Origin: Octopus sinensis
Taxonomy: Eukaryota
DNA: 64,000 nt
NCBI RefSeq assembly: GCF_006345805.1
Contig: NC_042999.1
Coordinates: forward strand, 114,886,001 to 114,950,000
Direction: 5' to 3'
Part shown: one piece after another, positions 35,233 through 51,537 of the stretch
Position numbering within the stretch: position 1 is the first letter of the stretch
Layout of the letters: each line of letters starts with the position of its first letter
Program-made: the position numbers and the translations under genes
Notes under the pieces: model-generated
Database searches by the model: none
Seen by the model: the letters and a program-made list of their open reading frames with translations, nothing else
What the model was told of the DNA's origin: nothing

Positions 35233-37119
35233 ATAATAATAATAGGCCGAAATGAATGCTAATTGGTATTCCTGAATGAAAACACCATGTAACAGGCATA
35301 TATGAATGCAGGGCCGTGATCCCGTATGTAGTTTCGTCTTAATTACTTCCAAAGTGCAGGTGAAGTGTAAAACAAATCTTTAAAGAAAGGTGGGTGGCGG
35401 AAAGAAAGACATACACCAGTCAGTTAATTGCTGTCATAAACAACAATTAATTGCCTTGTATAAAGCCAGATAATAATAACAAGCAAAAAGAAATCTCTCA
35501 CAAGCAAACATTGTAAGTTATTAAACAAGAAATCTAAAGCTAGACAGACACTAAACTGAAATTATTGCTGTACAACAAATGAGGGTGTAAGTAATAAAGC
35601 AATGTAATAAATGTATGCAAAATAAATAAACTGAAACCAGTAACTCAAAATAAATATTACAAAACACAAAACAGTAACACATAAGAGGTAGTGATAAGGA
35701 AGATTCAGGTCAAATTATATACGTATATGTAAAAATCTAAACATCTAGGCTTATCTACAACACCTGCAAAACATTGCTGTAACGCTGTTTCATAGAAATA
35801 CTTTCATTCCCACTCAGTGCGGCCAAATATAAAAAGCACCGAACACACATGCAACCAAACAACAGCAGTGATCGATATATGGCCTACAGCTAATTCTCTT
35901 TCATGCAGCTACCATATCCCTGCATTTAAAGTTGTATTTGAAGTCGAAGTTTAAGCACGAACTCGACCTGAGAACACTGATTGTATGCACCTATTATCGT
36001 ATAACAAACAATATATTCCCCGCTCTATTGCAGCATAAATAACCGTATCTGTTCCAAACAATGCTTGGATACGACAGCCAGAGACAATTACTGATAAACC
36101 ACAGCTGTTACATGCCGATCTTGTTCACCTTTGTTTGTCTCTGTGTATATTACGAACAGATTAAATAGGGGAGAAAATACAACATACTCAGACTACTGTA
36201 TTGCGATTCACATGACAAACAGTTGTATATTGGAATGTGCCACTGAACTGCTGGTTCTTCATTTCTCGAAAAACCACAATAACTAACGACATGAACGTCA
36301 GAATCCTGCTATTTCTCTTTTGTTAAAGATACAGAACATTTGTATCAAAGAAATGCAGTAGTTATTGATATTCGATAGAGTTGGCATGAGTAGTAGTGTC
36401 AGGTGAGGTACTTTATAATAACCTAACTCTCGTTCTCAGTGTTGTATCTTGGATCTTGTGTTTAGAAAGTTGCCAAAATTATGCTTCCTTCGAAAACAAA
36501 AGACACAAGATTTTTTCGAAACACTAACACTTTGACAAGGATTTACTGAAACACGGGCATTCATTGCCACCACTTGACTAAAGACTTCGTATCTTTTTGT
36601 ACAGCCGAGCTAATTTTCATCTTTCCATCTCGATACTCCTGAACTTTCTATACATTTAAATTTATTCATTGATTAATATATGCACTTGCATTTATGGAAA
36701 TAAATGTCAATGGTTGCGCTTTCTAAGACATATATAATCTACAACCATACAGTAATCGATTCTCCTCAAATCCATTATAACTAGTAACCTTCCTGATCAC
36801 CTTTCAGACTTAGCCCTTTATTATTTCCGTCACTTTTATCTCCGAGGGTTCTCTATTCCTTACTCTTTCTTGCTCTCCCTTTCACATCTTTTCTCTTCAA
36901 CTTTCTCTATCTAGCCAAATCTAGTTGAGAATAACCACGGCATATTTACTGATGAGGTGACTCAGTACTGAATGTACACTCAGGTTTATCGTAAAGTTTG
37001 AGTTGATGGGGACTTGACGCTAGGTTATATATTGATTACTCAATTTTTGTTCACGTAGTCAATTTATGCATATGCATGCATAAAAACATACATATATATA
37101 CATGTATATATATATATAC

Positions 37120-37272
37120 ATGTTTCTCTCCTTGTTTTTTCTGTGTCCCTTTCTGTAGAAGGCGTAGGCTCGAAACGTAAAAGACTTTTTCTATTCCTGA
37201 GCGTTATACTAATATATGTTTGTTTTGTACACCATCTATCTTAGTCTTTTGTTTTTTTTTTTTGTAAACTCT

Positions 37273-37275
<3 letters not shown>
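37120..37275 (+). repeat. Short repeat with hammerhead-like remnant (second copy at 49133-49285, minus strand)
   Basis: ctgtagaa ggc gtag gctc gaaacgta; rest aligns with the 49 kb copy. Confidence 0.65.
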
Positions 37276-37342
<67 letters not shown>

Positions 37343-37344
<2 letters not shown>

Positions 37345-37821
37345 CAGAGGGTGTCCCGAAATTATGGCAACCAAAGATTCGAGCTTTAATAACTGTCAAA
37401 CTCAAAAATAAACCGAACATCAATGTGTCTAGTGCTGAAGGAGGCTCTTAGGACCCGCCCCTACAAAATGAATCGCCATCATGAGCTCACGCAAGTTTAT
37501 AAGGACATGAGACTGGAGAGTAGTCGTTTTATCCTGTGTCAGATTGCTGAAGGCACGCTGCCCAACCTGATGTTCACTAATGAAAAGAAATTTGATATCG
37601 GACAAACAGTAACCCACCAGAATGACCGACTTTGGAGTGTACCTCTTTCGAGGGCAGACTTATAAATCGACGTCAAAATTCACAGTCAGTTATGGTTTGG
37701 GCGGCTGTGACAGCCACTGCAAGGTTTCCCCTCGTTGATGTTGAAATTAACACTCAGCAATACATTAGCGACATTCTGGAAGCCGAACTGCTTCCATGGG
37801 CAAATAAGCATTTTCACCTTT
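37343..37821 (+). mobile_element. Tc1/mariner left end and transposase fragment
   Basis: cagagggtgtcccgaaattatggcaac terminus; LMFTNEKKFDI, QNDRLW, VMVWAAVTATARFPLV. Confidence 0.75.
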
Positions 37822-38284
37822 GAACCGAGTCAATTTTGCCATTTTTATCACATTGGCCATTTTTTATCACATTGGCTTGGTAGTTCCGGGTTAATAAGCT
37901 TTGGTCTTGAGCAGTTAATATGAAACCTTCACTCTCTGCTTTAACCCTGAGCTTTGTAACCATTGATGCGTGTGTTTCTGGTCGACTTCAGCTCGTTTAC
38001 TACGAGCCATATACTTGCCATGCAGAGGTTTCTGCTCCCACCTGCTAGCTAATTTTTCATGTGCTTTTGTCTTTGCAGTTAATTTTATTTTCTTTGCAGC
38101 AGCAGTTGGCGCATTTCCTTCAACCTGATCAATCTGGTAGGTATCTAAGAGATCAGTAGCGAACTTTTTGCTCTTTCAGAATAGAGTGAAGTATTTTCGG
38201 TCTTTCATGTGTTTCAAGTTTTAGCATCCAATCGTTGGTTGTTTCAAGGTATTTGGCCAGTCCGATTGTGGTGGATTTGTACGC
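37822..38284 (-). mobile_element. R4/Dong-clade LINE fragment
   Basis: RWEQKPLHGKY, QWLQSSGLK, QDQSLLTRNYQANV. Confidence 0.8.
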
Positions 38285-38301
38285 ATCATCATCATCATCA
38301 T

Positions 38302-38670
38302 AGGCATAGGAGTGGCTGTGTGGTAAGTAGCTTGCTTACCAACCATATGGTTCCGGGTTCAGTCCAACTGTGTGGCACCTTAGGCAAGTGTCTTCTACTA
38401 TAGCCTCGGGCCGGCCAAAGCTTTGTGAGTGGATTTGGTAGACGGAAACTGAGAGAAGCCCGTTGTGTGTGTGTGTTTGTCCCCCCAACATCGCTTGACA
38501 ACCGATGCTGGTGTGGTTATGTCCTCGTAACTTAGCGGTTCGGCAAAAGAGACCGATAGAATAAGTACTAGGCTAACAAAGAATAAGTCCAGGGGTCGAT
38601 TTTTTCGACTAAAGGCGGTGCTCCAGCGTGGCCGCAGTCAAATGATTGAAACAAGTAAAAGAATAAAAAA
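38302..38670 (+). mobile_element. SINE family 1, full length
   Basis: Complete head, core and CR1-like tail. Confidence 0.9.
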
Positions 38671-38704
38671 TTTAAATTATTGAAACAAAGCTCAGGTTTG
38701 GTCT

Positions 38705-40050
38705 TATTCCTTGTAGGATTTATGTGGATAGCGAGTTACTACCTGTAACTTTAGGTATCCACACGTTTTTGGCAGTCTTTCAAGTGCAAAGAATCCTCCT
38801 GATAATCCTTGCTGTCCCTAACGGAAAAAATTTCTGTAGGTGCTCTACCGGGCATTCTGTTTCAATCTCCTTCAGCCATTTATCTATATCATGGCTTACT
38901 ATTCCTAACGTACTAATTATTATAGGCACGACCTTTACTGTTATCATGTTCCAAATTCTTCCTATTTCAAATCTTAAAGCTTTATATTTTCTTTGTTTTT
39001 CTTCTTACTTTACGATGCTGGAATCAAACGGGCATAATCATGATGGGTCGATAAGTAAGCATCTTCGCTTTTCCTTATCTATGAAATTAATATGTGGTCT
39101 ATTGTTTTCTAACTTCTTGTTCGCAAAATCTTAAATTTCTCCGACTCTTTCCACTCGATGATTGTACCATGTGTTTCCAGCTTCAAATCCCCATTTCTGG
39201 CATAATTTCATGTGTAAAACTTTTACAACCTTATCGTGCCTCTTGTTTTTATTTCCTTTCTGTGCCAACTTGGGGCATTCTGTCACAATGTGTGCCACAG
39301 TCTCGTTCCAAGTTTCACAAACTCTACATTTTTCTGACATATACTCTCCATATATATTTTTTTTTCTCAAGTTGTTTGTTTTTATCTCTTGATCTAGGGT
39401 TGCTACAATTAGGCTCACTATTTCTTTTTTTTTTTAATTGCCCCTTTTTTAACCAAGTCCAAGAGTTTATTCCACCTACGTCTTCAGCGGCTCTCCAAAA
39501 TTGACCATGCAGAGGTTTCTCTTCGATGTGTCTGACGTGCTCTCTTTGTATTTTATTCTTGTCTTCTCCTATTATGCGTTTCATCACCTGCTATTTCTTA
39601 ACTTCCTTTAGTAGTTTTTTTTGTGTGTTGCTCTGTACATATTCTACTATACTTTTTCTTTCTTTCTGTACACATTCTTCTACTGTTACTCTACTTTGTT
39701 TCCTGCATCCTTTCTGTTCTTTTGGATGTAGATTGTTACTTTCCAGATGGTTATATAACTCTTCTGTCAAGACACCGGTCATAAGCTTCCACATTAGTAG
39801 TAAACACGTTATAGGTTGAAAATTTGATGTCAAGTTCCCTTTCAAGGGATCCTTGAGGTATTGCAGCGTTCGTCCATTTGTCACTCAGGCAGGGACATGA
39901 CCTTGCTGCAGTTGCGCAGCTATCCTTTCATGCAACTGTGTAAAGTTCTTCAGCCTTGTACTCTATCCAGGCCTGGTCCTTTCCAATTTGATTTTTTAAA
40001 ACTTCTGTCTCACTGTATATAAATTTATTCTGACGTCCTTTCAAGTTTCA
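38705..40050 (-). mobile_element. R4/Dong-clade LINE remnant with internal deletion of the RT core
   Basis: [24 protein letters not shown]...[10 protein letters not shown] fused to KPLHGQFW, CRVCETWNETVAHIVTECPKLA. Confidence 0.85.
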
Positions 40051-40200
40051 AGTTGTCTTTCCACCTTTGTTAGCCACTCCACGCCTTCTTTGTCTCGCCG
40101 GCCTATTCCTCAGACTTCCTCAGAATTATTCGACCGTGAGTCAGCTGCTCTAACCACTACGTCATGTGCCTCCATGGCACTGAATGTGTTGTACAGTCTT

Positions 40201-40345
40201 ACATATAGTGGTGTGTATATTGCAGGAAGTGTTCTGAAGTGTTACATATAGTGTATATTACAGAAAGTGTTCTGAAGTGTTATATATAGTGTTGTATATA
40301 GGGTTGGAAATGTTCTGCAGTATCATATATAGTGTTGTATAGTGC
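40201..40345 (+). repeat. Degenerate minisatellite, about 38-43 bp x 3-4
   Basis: a(c/t)atatagtg...gtgttctgaagtgtt units. Confidence 0.75.
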
Positions 40346-40734
40346 TTGAATTGGTCCGACATGATTCATATAAGTTTTTATGTTCAGACGCGTCACTCTG
40401 TTTCAACGCTTCTCTAGTTCTATGTTAAACACTGTTTAGTTACCCTCCGTTCTGTAAGAATGCTTGGTCTTTCTGTCTGAAATACTATGAAAGTGTGGAG
40501 AGGTGAGTTACAAGCATTGGCAAACTACAGCACAATTTTCTTCTACAGTTGGATGATGTTATTAGGGATTCTTCTTCAGTTAGGCGGTGAAGTGAGTGGT
40601 GGATTTTTCTGAGTAGTAAAGAATGGAAGTGGCGTTGATGAATGAAATGGGGTGGAGATTAGAATTATTGGTCGTCGGTTTTGAATAAGGACAGGGAGTG
40701 AGCTCCGTTGTGGACCGTTGGTTATTATTTATTG

Positions 40735-40897
40735 GGAGAGAAGACTAGTCGATTACATGGTACTTAATTTATCGACCCCGAAAAGATGAATGGCAAATTC
40801 AACCTGGGTGGAATTTGAACTTAGAACATAGTGACGAGCAAAATACCGCTAAGATCTTCGTCCGGCGTGCTTAACGATTCTGTTAATCCGCCGACTT
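40735..40897 (-). mobile_element. SINE family 2 (diverged)
   Basis: atcgaccccgaaaagatgaatggcaaattcaacc core in reverse. Confidence 0.75.
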
Positions 40898-41764
40898 AAT
40901 GATGATGAAGAAGAGAAGGGGGAAGCGGAGGAGGGAGATTGAGAAGAAGGGAGAGGAGGAAGAAGAAGAAGAAGAAGAAGAAGAAGAAGAAGAAGAAGAA
41001 GAAGAAGAGAAGGAGGAGGAGGAAAGAGAGACGAAGAAGAAAAAGGAAAGAAAAAGGCAACAACAACAGTATCAATAGTGTCAAGCATAACAACAATAGA
41101 GGTTAATGTATATGAGAAAACGTCGCACGAGTAAGTGGTAAGGGGAAGAACGGGAGAGGTGAGAAAAATGTGTCCCTGGAGAGGAAATTTCGCTGAGGAT
41201 GTAATTTTTCTTGATAAGAGAGAAAGGACATAGTTATATATTATAAGGCTCCCTTATGAATAGAGTTCTATTTAGATTCTAAACCTTCAAAGTATATTAC
41301 CATCGCTGGACATACACATACCTACTGGCCAGTCTGCGACTTAAGATTCCCAGGCCTCTGTCCACTCTGGATTATAGCTAGAAATTTTGTTCAATACATT
41401 ATGTGCCCATCACTCTTTCTCTCTCTCTCACTCACATTTCCTCTCTTTCTCTCTCTCACACTTTTTCTCTTTTTCTCTCTCTCTCTCTCTCTCCCTCTTT
41501 CTGTCTTTCTCTAGCTATCTATCTTTCTCTCTCACTCTCCCATTGTATGAAATATGTGACGTTTATTCAATTGCACACTTAACAACCACCACTTCCATGC
41601 TCTTCTCTATCATTATCATCCTCATCATCATCATTTTCATCATAAACTTTCATCATCGTCACCACCACCACCACCACAACCTCTACTAATGCCATCATCA
41701 TCACCACCACCATTACCATCCACATAGCCACCACCATCAACAACATATGTATGTATATATATGC

Positions 41765-41800
<36 letters not shown>

Positions 41801-41960
41801 ATATAATATATATATTATATATATATATATATATATTACCACAGCTAATACGACGGCCACCGATAGCATTATAACTATCACCGTTGCTCTGCTGTCAATA
41901 CAATGACTACCACCGACTCCACCACCACTACTACTGTTGCCCTCAACACACACAAATATA

Positions 41961-42056
<96 letters not shown>

Positions 42057-42699
42057 GAGAACTTAAAGGAGAATGTCAGACACAACGATCAGGAATGAAT
42101 AAAGTTATTTTATTTTAAGAGCTCTGTGAAAACATAGACTCTGCAGAAACGCCAATACAACATACAGGAACTTTTTTTTAGATACAATCGACAGGCGGGA
42201 CCCAAAAGTGCAATCTCTTTTTAAATCTGCCGACGAAAAAATAAAAAGCCAAAAAACGTAATTTAAATCCAATGAAAAGATTTAAAGTTCACACCCAGCA
42301 CCACAAAACTCGTAATTTGAATGGAAAATGAGATGATGTCTCGAACTTTGGTAGAAATTTGCACCGAACAGAAATATTTGATAAAGAAAATAATGATGAA
42401 TGGATTGTACAAAATAAACGTAACGACAATTTACCAAAATGTACATACAAAACATTGGACAAATTCTATGATTATTTAACTACATTTCCAAAATTCAAAT
42501 CAATTCTTAGTCAAAAGAATAACTTGAAACAAAGAAGCATATTAGGAAATAGTTGTGTTGTTGATTTTGTTTATTCAAAAACATCTAATTAGCGTTACTT
42601 CGAAATACCACATATTACAAAAGTGAAAATAATTACTAACAGTAAAAAATTATGAAGAAATCATCACCTTCATTGACCAGCACCGAAGTAGTTTAAAGG

Positions 42700-43900
42700 A
42701 CAAGTAGTCACTGACTGCATAATGAAACTCTGTTTTCCTCTTTCATGTGGACTACACGCGACAATCTTGTAAATTTATGCTCCAACTCTCCCTGCCAATG
42801 AAAAAACTATCATGACTTTCTATGAAAACCTTTGCACTGATATTACATTCACACTGGTTGATGAAAAATTGATCATTCTTGGCGATTTTAAAGCACGAAT
42901 TATAAAGATTATGAGACATGGGATGTACTTGACCGCTATGGCATCGGTAAAGTGAACGATAATGTTTTGTCCGGAACAAAACTTAGTCACCTGCAGCACG
43001 TTCTTTCGTCAAACACTCAAGCACAATGTTACATGGACTCTCCCGAGACCAAAGAATGCGCAAATGATCGACTTTATCGTCATCTGCAAACGTGATCTTA
43101 GCGAAGTCTATAACGTAAGTGTGGTGCAAAGCGCAGAGTGTTACACAGATCACAGGAGGATGCGAGGAAAATTCAAAATATGAATCTGTAAAACGATTTA
43201 TATGAATGGTGTAAAGATAGCAAATCGCATCGACGTCTCAAAATCGAAACTGCCAGATGTATATGAGACAACTTGATAGTCTTGACTTTGATGGAACAGG
43301 GGAGAACTTTCGAAATCAAGTGTACTCAGTGGGAGTCAATGTGCCTGGCTTTAGACAGAGGAAACATCAGGACTAGTTTGATGATAACGAGCCTACTACC
43401 AACCAGCTAATGAAAATGAAACAAGCTCTTTATGAAAAGGTCTTGAGTCAGTACTTTTTGGTACACTCTATTACCAAGGGGACTTAAAAGGAATATAAGC
43501 AACTTTACAATAGGAACTTAAAAAATTAAGAATGAGTGATGATTGAAGGTTTCTTCGGAGATCCAAAGTGCCAACAATGCAAAAGGTTCAAAACAATTTG
43601 ATGGTCTCCTGAGTGAAGTGCTCGGCCCACCAACTTCAACTGTAGTTCCTTTGAGGTCCAAGGACAACACTACTCTCATCAAAGAAACAGCGGAAGCACC
43701 CAGCGCTGGCAAGAATACTTCACTGATTTATTTGATGATAATGTTATAGAGAGTCTTCCGATCAATCCAGTTGAAACTACGACTTTCGTCGGTCACCTAG
43801 ACTTCAAACCATGCAGTTCAGCAGCGAGACCGAATTATCATCTGAGACGGAAGGTGAGAAATGCTGTTGACAAGGAAGCTCATAGAGATGGCAATCTTCT
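42700..43900 (+). mobile_element. RTE-clade LINE remnant (APE endonuclease and linker)
   Basis: IYAPTLP, KLIILGDFKARI, MIDFIVICKRD, ECYTDHR; many stops. Confidence 0.85.
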
Positions 43901-44279
43901 GTGAAAATGGAGCAGTCACCATGTATGTATGCTTGTATATATTTGGGCCAGTTTCGAACTAAATCTGCAACTTTTTGATACTGATCTAGCTTTTCTAGGG
44001 GTTATTAATTTTATACTCCATAGAAAATTGAAAATTCTTCGCCACTAAAGTAAGTGCTAACACCGAATTTGAAACCTATGTCTTGAGAAACCATTTGGTT
44101 AATGCAATAAATAATTGAGAATTCTTCGGAGATTATACGAGACTGAATTCATTCGGAATTTTATTAGTATTAATTGGTCAAGCTCCGAGGAACTCGTTAA
44201 AAAATATATGATACCACTTAACTCACTCCTCGCATTTATTTATTTTCCTTTCTTGATTTGACCGTTCTGTGTGCATCCA

Positions 44280-46480
<2,201 letters not shown>

Positions 46481-46952
46481 ATGGAAATACAAGTGGCACC
46501 CAGTCGTTTGCCAAGCGTTCCGAGTAACAATAATATCTGGAAACTGCAGTTTATGATAAATAAATAAATATATAAATAATCATTGCGACACACATCTATT
46601 GAGTACTCTCTATTCTGTTTACACGCTCCAAGACACATGCACACACACACACACACATCCTACGATGCCTTACTATAGATGAAATAAGATGGATGTAAGC
46701 GCCATCTTTCTATGATTTTGATGTTCGCATATCAGAAGTATAGAAAAATGCGTCTACATTCTTGCTTTCCCCTACAGCAAGGCATTGTAGTGTTTCAGTT
46801 TGTTTTAGTTTTGATTCATTCAGTTTTATGCATATACACATCAGTGTATATATGTATATACTTATGTGTGTGTGTTATGTGTGTATGTTTACACATACAA
46901 AACATACATAATACCTACATACATAATTACACACATCATTCATGTATGAATT

Positions 46953-46992
<40 letters not shown>

Positions 46993-47339
46993 TTTTCATG
47001 CATACATAAAAAGAAACACAGTGAGGGAGATGAAGGAGAAAGAGGGAAAATGAGGGAGAGTGAAACAAATGTTGCGAACAAAGATTATATATATAGCAAT
47101 GCGATATTTTTATTATGTTACCGTAATTATGGTTGAACCAATCTTCCATGGTTTAAAGTTTCATTCTACTGCAAAATATTTCTACAGTGGGATGACGAAA
47201 AAGAATTATGTTCACATTGCTTACAGTAAGGTTCCTTCGCATCCACGAGATTTCAGGTTCGATAACATTGTATGTCATTTTGGATAAGTCTCTTCTAACA
47301 TATTCTCACGCCAACTAATATCTCTCTGAAATATTATTT

Positions 47340-47985
47340 AGTGGAGGAGGGAAATGGCAGTAAACTCACCGAATCGTTAGCACACTGGGTAAGATGCTTA
47401 GCGGCATTTCATCCGTCTTATGAGTTCAAATTCCGCCGAGGTCGACTTTGCCTTTTATCCTTTCGGGGATAATTTAAGCACCAGTTGAGCACTGGGGTCG
47501 ATATAATCGACTTTTCCCTCCCTGAAATTGCTGGCCTGTGCTAAAATTTGAAACCAATCTCTTTCAGAAGATGGGGGAAAAGCTGTGAACTGGCAGAATC
47601 GTTAATCACGCCGGACAAAATGCTTAGCAGTATTTCGTCCATCTTCACCTTTTGAGTTCAAATTCCGCCGAAGTCGACTTCACATTTCATCACCTCGGGA
47701 TCGATAAAATAAGTATCAGTTGACCACTGGGGTCAACTCCCTCTCCCAAAATTTCTGGCCTTTGAAATCAATATTTGAAATCAATATTTATTTGCAGAGA
47801 GAACTGGCAGAATCGATATCACCACGGACTAAATGGTTTTTCCGACTTTACGTTCTGAGTTCGAATTTCGCCGAGCTCGTCTTCGCCCTCCACCCTTTCG
47901 GAGTCAAAAATTTGGTACCACTCGAGCACTGGAATCCATGTAATCGACTATCATCCCTCCCCCAAAAGTTCAGAAGTATTAGTAG
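47340..47985 (+). mobile_element. Three adjacent diverged SINE family 2 copies
   Basis: Three heads (gaatcgttagcac, gaatcgttaatcac, gaatcgatatcac), each followed by a core. Confidence 0.8.
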
Positions 47986-49408
47986 AGGGAAACTGCCCAG
48001 GAGTTTGTCGAGCGTGTGTGTACGCGTGTGTACATGTATATATGTATATATATCTTTCGTCACGTGTCAGCAACGCTTTTCTGGTTTTCTCTCCCACCCT
48101 TCCCTATACTTTTTTCTCCTCTTCACCGTTCCCTCTCTCTCACTCCTCCTTCTCGACTCTCTCGTTGCTGACACGTGACGAAAGATAATCTGTCTTTCTG
48201 CCCACAACCTTCGAAAAGAAAAAACGTGCTTATACTGTCTCTTTGGTAAGCTCGTCTTCCTCGCGTTCAGAATATTTTTTCTATCGTCTCGGCATAACAG
48301 CCCTCACCGTTTGTTTTTACTGCTTTGTTCTCACTGTCCTGTTCTTTTTACTGTTTTGTCCACACTGTCCTGTTCTTGTTACCAATTTCACCCGCCGCAA
48401 AAAATTCCAAATTTTATTTAATTTGCTTTGCGGGAAGGACTGTTTCAACTAAGTCGCGTCTTGTCCTTGCCTTCGGGACAACTGTAGAAGGGGAATATTC
48501 TTTATGGCTGATGTTTCGTTTCTCTCTTTGTTTTGGGGGTTTTTTTTCGTTGTCCGAAAAAGTTCGTTTCTATGTTTTTGTCTTTGTTTTCGCTTCTCAT
48601 TGTGTTCGACGTTTTTTTATGTCCTGTACCCATATATGCATGTATATGTAGGTATGTACATATATGTATGTATATATGCATATATTTATATATTATTTAT
48701 ATTATATTATATTATATTATATTATATTATATTATATTATAGTATATTATATTATATATATATACATATATAAATGTATCCCAAATTATATTTAATTTGC
48801 TTTGCAGGAGCAACTGTTTTATCGAAAGTGTATATTGTTGTTAAATGCTCGAAATACGAGCCAACAACTGATGAAGGGTCGTTCTTTATGCAGTTTGTCT
48901 TGTTTTCCATTTGTGTCTTTTGTTGTTAAAAAAATAGTTCATATTCCATGTACTCGTACTTCGTATTTTTTGTGGTACACGTTTCAAGATCTGTGCCCAC
49001 ATATACATATATATATACGTATAGATATATGTACATATACGTATCTATATATATATATATTATATTATATTATATATATATAAATATGTATATATATAAT
49101 ATATATGTATATATATATATATACATATATAGGGGGAGAATTACGAAAAAAACAAAAGATGAAGACAGGTGGTGTAGAAAACAAACAGATGTATTAGTAT
49201 AACGCTCGGGAATTGAAAAAGTCTTTAACGTTTCGAGCCTACGCTCTTCCACAGAAAGGACACAGAAAGAAACAAGGAGAGAAAAAATATATATGCATGT
49301 ATATACACATATATACATGCATATATATATACGTACATATATATAATATATATAAAACACACACACAAATATATATATATACATACATATATATATATAA
49401 TATATATA

Positions 49409-49480
<72 letters not shown>

Positions 49481-49564
49481 GCATACATACATATATATAC
49501 ATATATACACACACACACATATTTCGTTTGGGGATTTGGGTTGCAAGATTCTTTATGTGAGTTC

Positions 49565-49889
49565 GTGTGTTGAAGCATATTCTGTTGTGTCTGGTGAGAG
49601 TCATTCTCTTTTGGTGCCTTATAATTAAACGCACTCACCGGTAAAATTTCCACTTATTTCTTTTTTATTTATTTTTTTGTATTTTTCTAAAATTTTCGTT
49701 GAGTCTTGCAACATTTTCAATAGTTTTCAGAGAGTCAACACTGTTGAAAAGTTTGCAAGATGCAACAAATATTTTAGAAAAATTTTTTTAAATGAACTAA
49801 GAAATATGTGGAAATTTTACCGATGTGTGTGTTAAATTATAAGGCACAAAGGAGAATTACTATCACCAGACGCAACGGAATTCACACAC
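49565..49889. repeat. Foldback element, arms about 155 bp
   Basis: gtgccttataattaa...ggtaaaatttccac versus gtggaaattttacc...ttaaattataaggcac. Confidence 0.8.
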
Positions 49890-49915
49890 TTACATATCTA
49901 TATACGTACCAACAC

Positions 49916-49967
<52 letters not shown>

Positions 49968-50057
49968 GTACATTTATATATATACATGTGTAAACATATA
50001 CATAAATACATATATATATACATACATCTATACATATGTATACATACATATATATAT

Positions 50058-50112
<55 letters not shown>

Positions 50113-50161
50113 CGTATATCATATATACACATTATATATATATATACACACATATATATAC

Positions 50162-50208
<47 letters not shown>

Positions 50209-51537
50209 ATATATATATGCATTTACATACATATATACATATATATATTCATACATAATTTCTTTTCTAAATTATGACGGTAAAATCCAGCAGGTGGCCA
50301 TCATTTATTACCAGTGTATTAATAGAGAATGTTTGTGAATACGATTATCATTTTAATAAAATGAATTAGTATGTCAAACACGTTTAGAAAGGAATATTTT
50401 ACAAATTGTCGTTATCGTATGGACGAGATAACGAGTTATGTTGCGGTATATGAAGGCAAATCTTGGTGAAGTACGAGTTTAAATTGTACCTTCAGTTTGT
50501 TTGCTTTTAGATAAAGCTGACCGTAATTTGTAATTCCTAATCAATATGGTTACATATAGTTACTACTAAATAATATTTTAATAGACCTTTAATAGAACGT
50601 TAGAATTACTTTAGCAGAGCGATTGTTGTTGATATCAGCAGAGTAATCGTTAAAAAATTCTTGTGATATTCATCACAGAATTATTAGCGAGATAAAATAA
50701 CCGCGATATGAAGCCTTTACTTTTTGAAATCACATTCTGCCGTGGTCAACTTTGCCTCTCATCTTTTCCATATAAAATAAAGTACTAGTTAAGTACCTGA
50801 ATAGATTTCGTTTTCCTATTGTTGGGTCGTTAGAGCGTGGCTCAAAATGCTTGGCGGTTATTTGATTTGGCTCTTTGCATTCTTTGAGTCCGAATCACGC
50901 ACAGGTTAACTTTATCTTTAATTCTCTCGAGGTTTTCGATAAAATAAAAATACCAGTTCAGGGTCCTGGAATAGCGGAAACATTATAGCATCGGACGAAA
51001 TGATTTATGGTATTTCTTCCGGATGTTTTCGTTTGCAAGTTTTGGGTTAAGAGAATTTATCTGTTGCCCAATTAATATAACTATCCCCGCTTTAACTTCT
51101 TTCAGAGGGTTCACTCGGTTGCAAATATTCGAACGAGATGATTCAGTTTCAGGATTAATACCTAAATTCCTCACAACTGGCTCCAAGACCCTCAGAGAAA
51201 CAAAGAATCGTAAGTACTGTCTTTCCCTCCTGAACTAAATTGCGAAAAATAAACTGAGATGTGAATGGTATTACTTAATACCAAAGCGCCCGTTTATGTT
51301 CAGAATTAAATCTCGCCAAAGTTGACATTGTTTTTCCTAAAATGGAGTACCATTACATAATAGTTGGGTGGTCGAGCACTATTTTCAACCACAAAATGTT
51401 AAAGCCATATATGTCGACATACGTACATATATATGCGTCTGTTTACATGTGTGTGTGTATAAGTATGTATGTATGTAGTATGTATGTATGTATGTATGTA
51501 TAGATTGTTTGAAGTGGTACACAGATTTTATATATAT

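Noticed and set aside
36385-36420. tgagtagtagtg / tgaggtact resembling let-7
   Set aside because: Seed region and hairpin do not match
36954-37000. ctgatgaggtg with a nearby hairpin
   Set aside because: No GAAA box at the required position
40480-40560. Strong-looking donor AG|gtgagt and acceptor ttttcttctacag
   Set aside because: No coherent reading frame or partner exons; such sites occur by chance
46645-46775. Possible 130-bp MITE with 19-bp imperfect inverted ends
   Set aside because: Three mismatches, no clear TSD and no second copy in the window
48845-48885. gctcgaaatacgagc...ctgatgaaggg as a permuted hammerhead
   Set aside because: No NUH triplet or consistent stems; the homologue at about 28050 lacks the box
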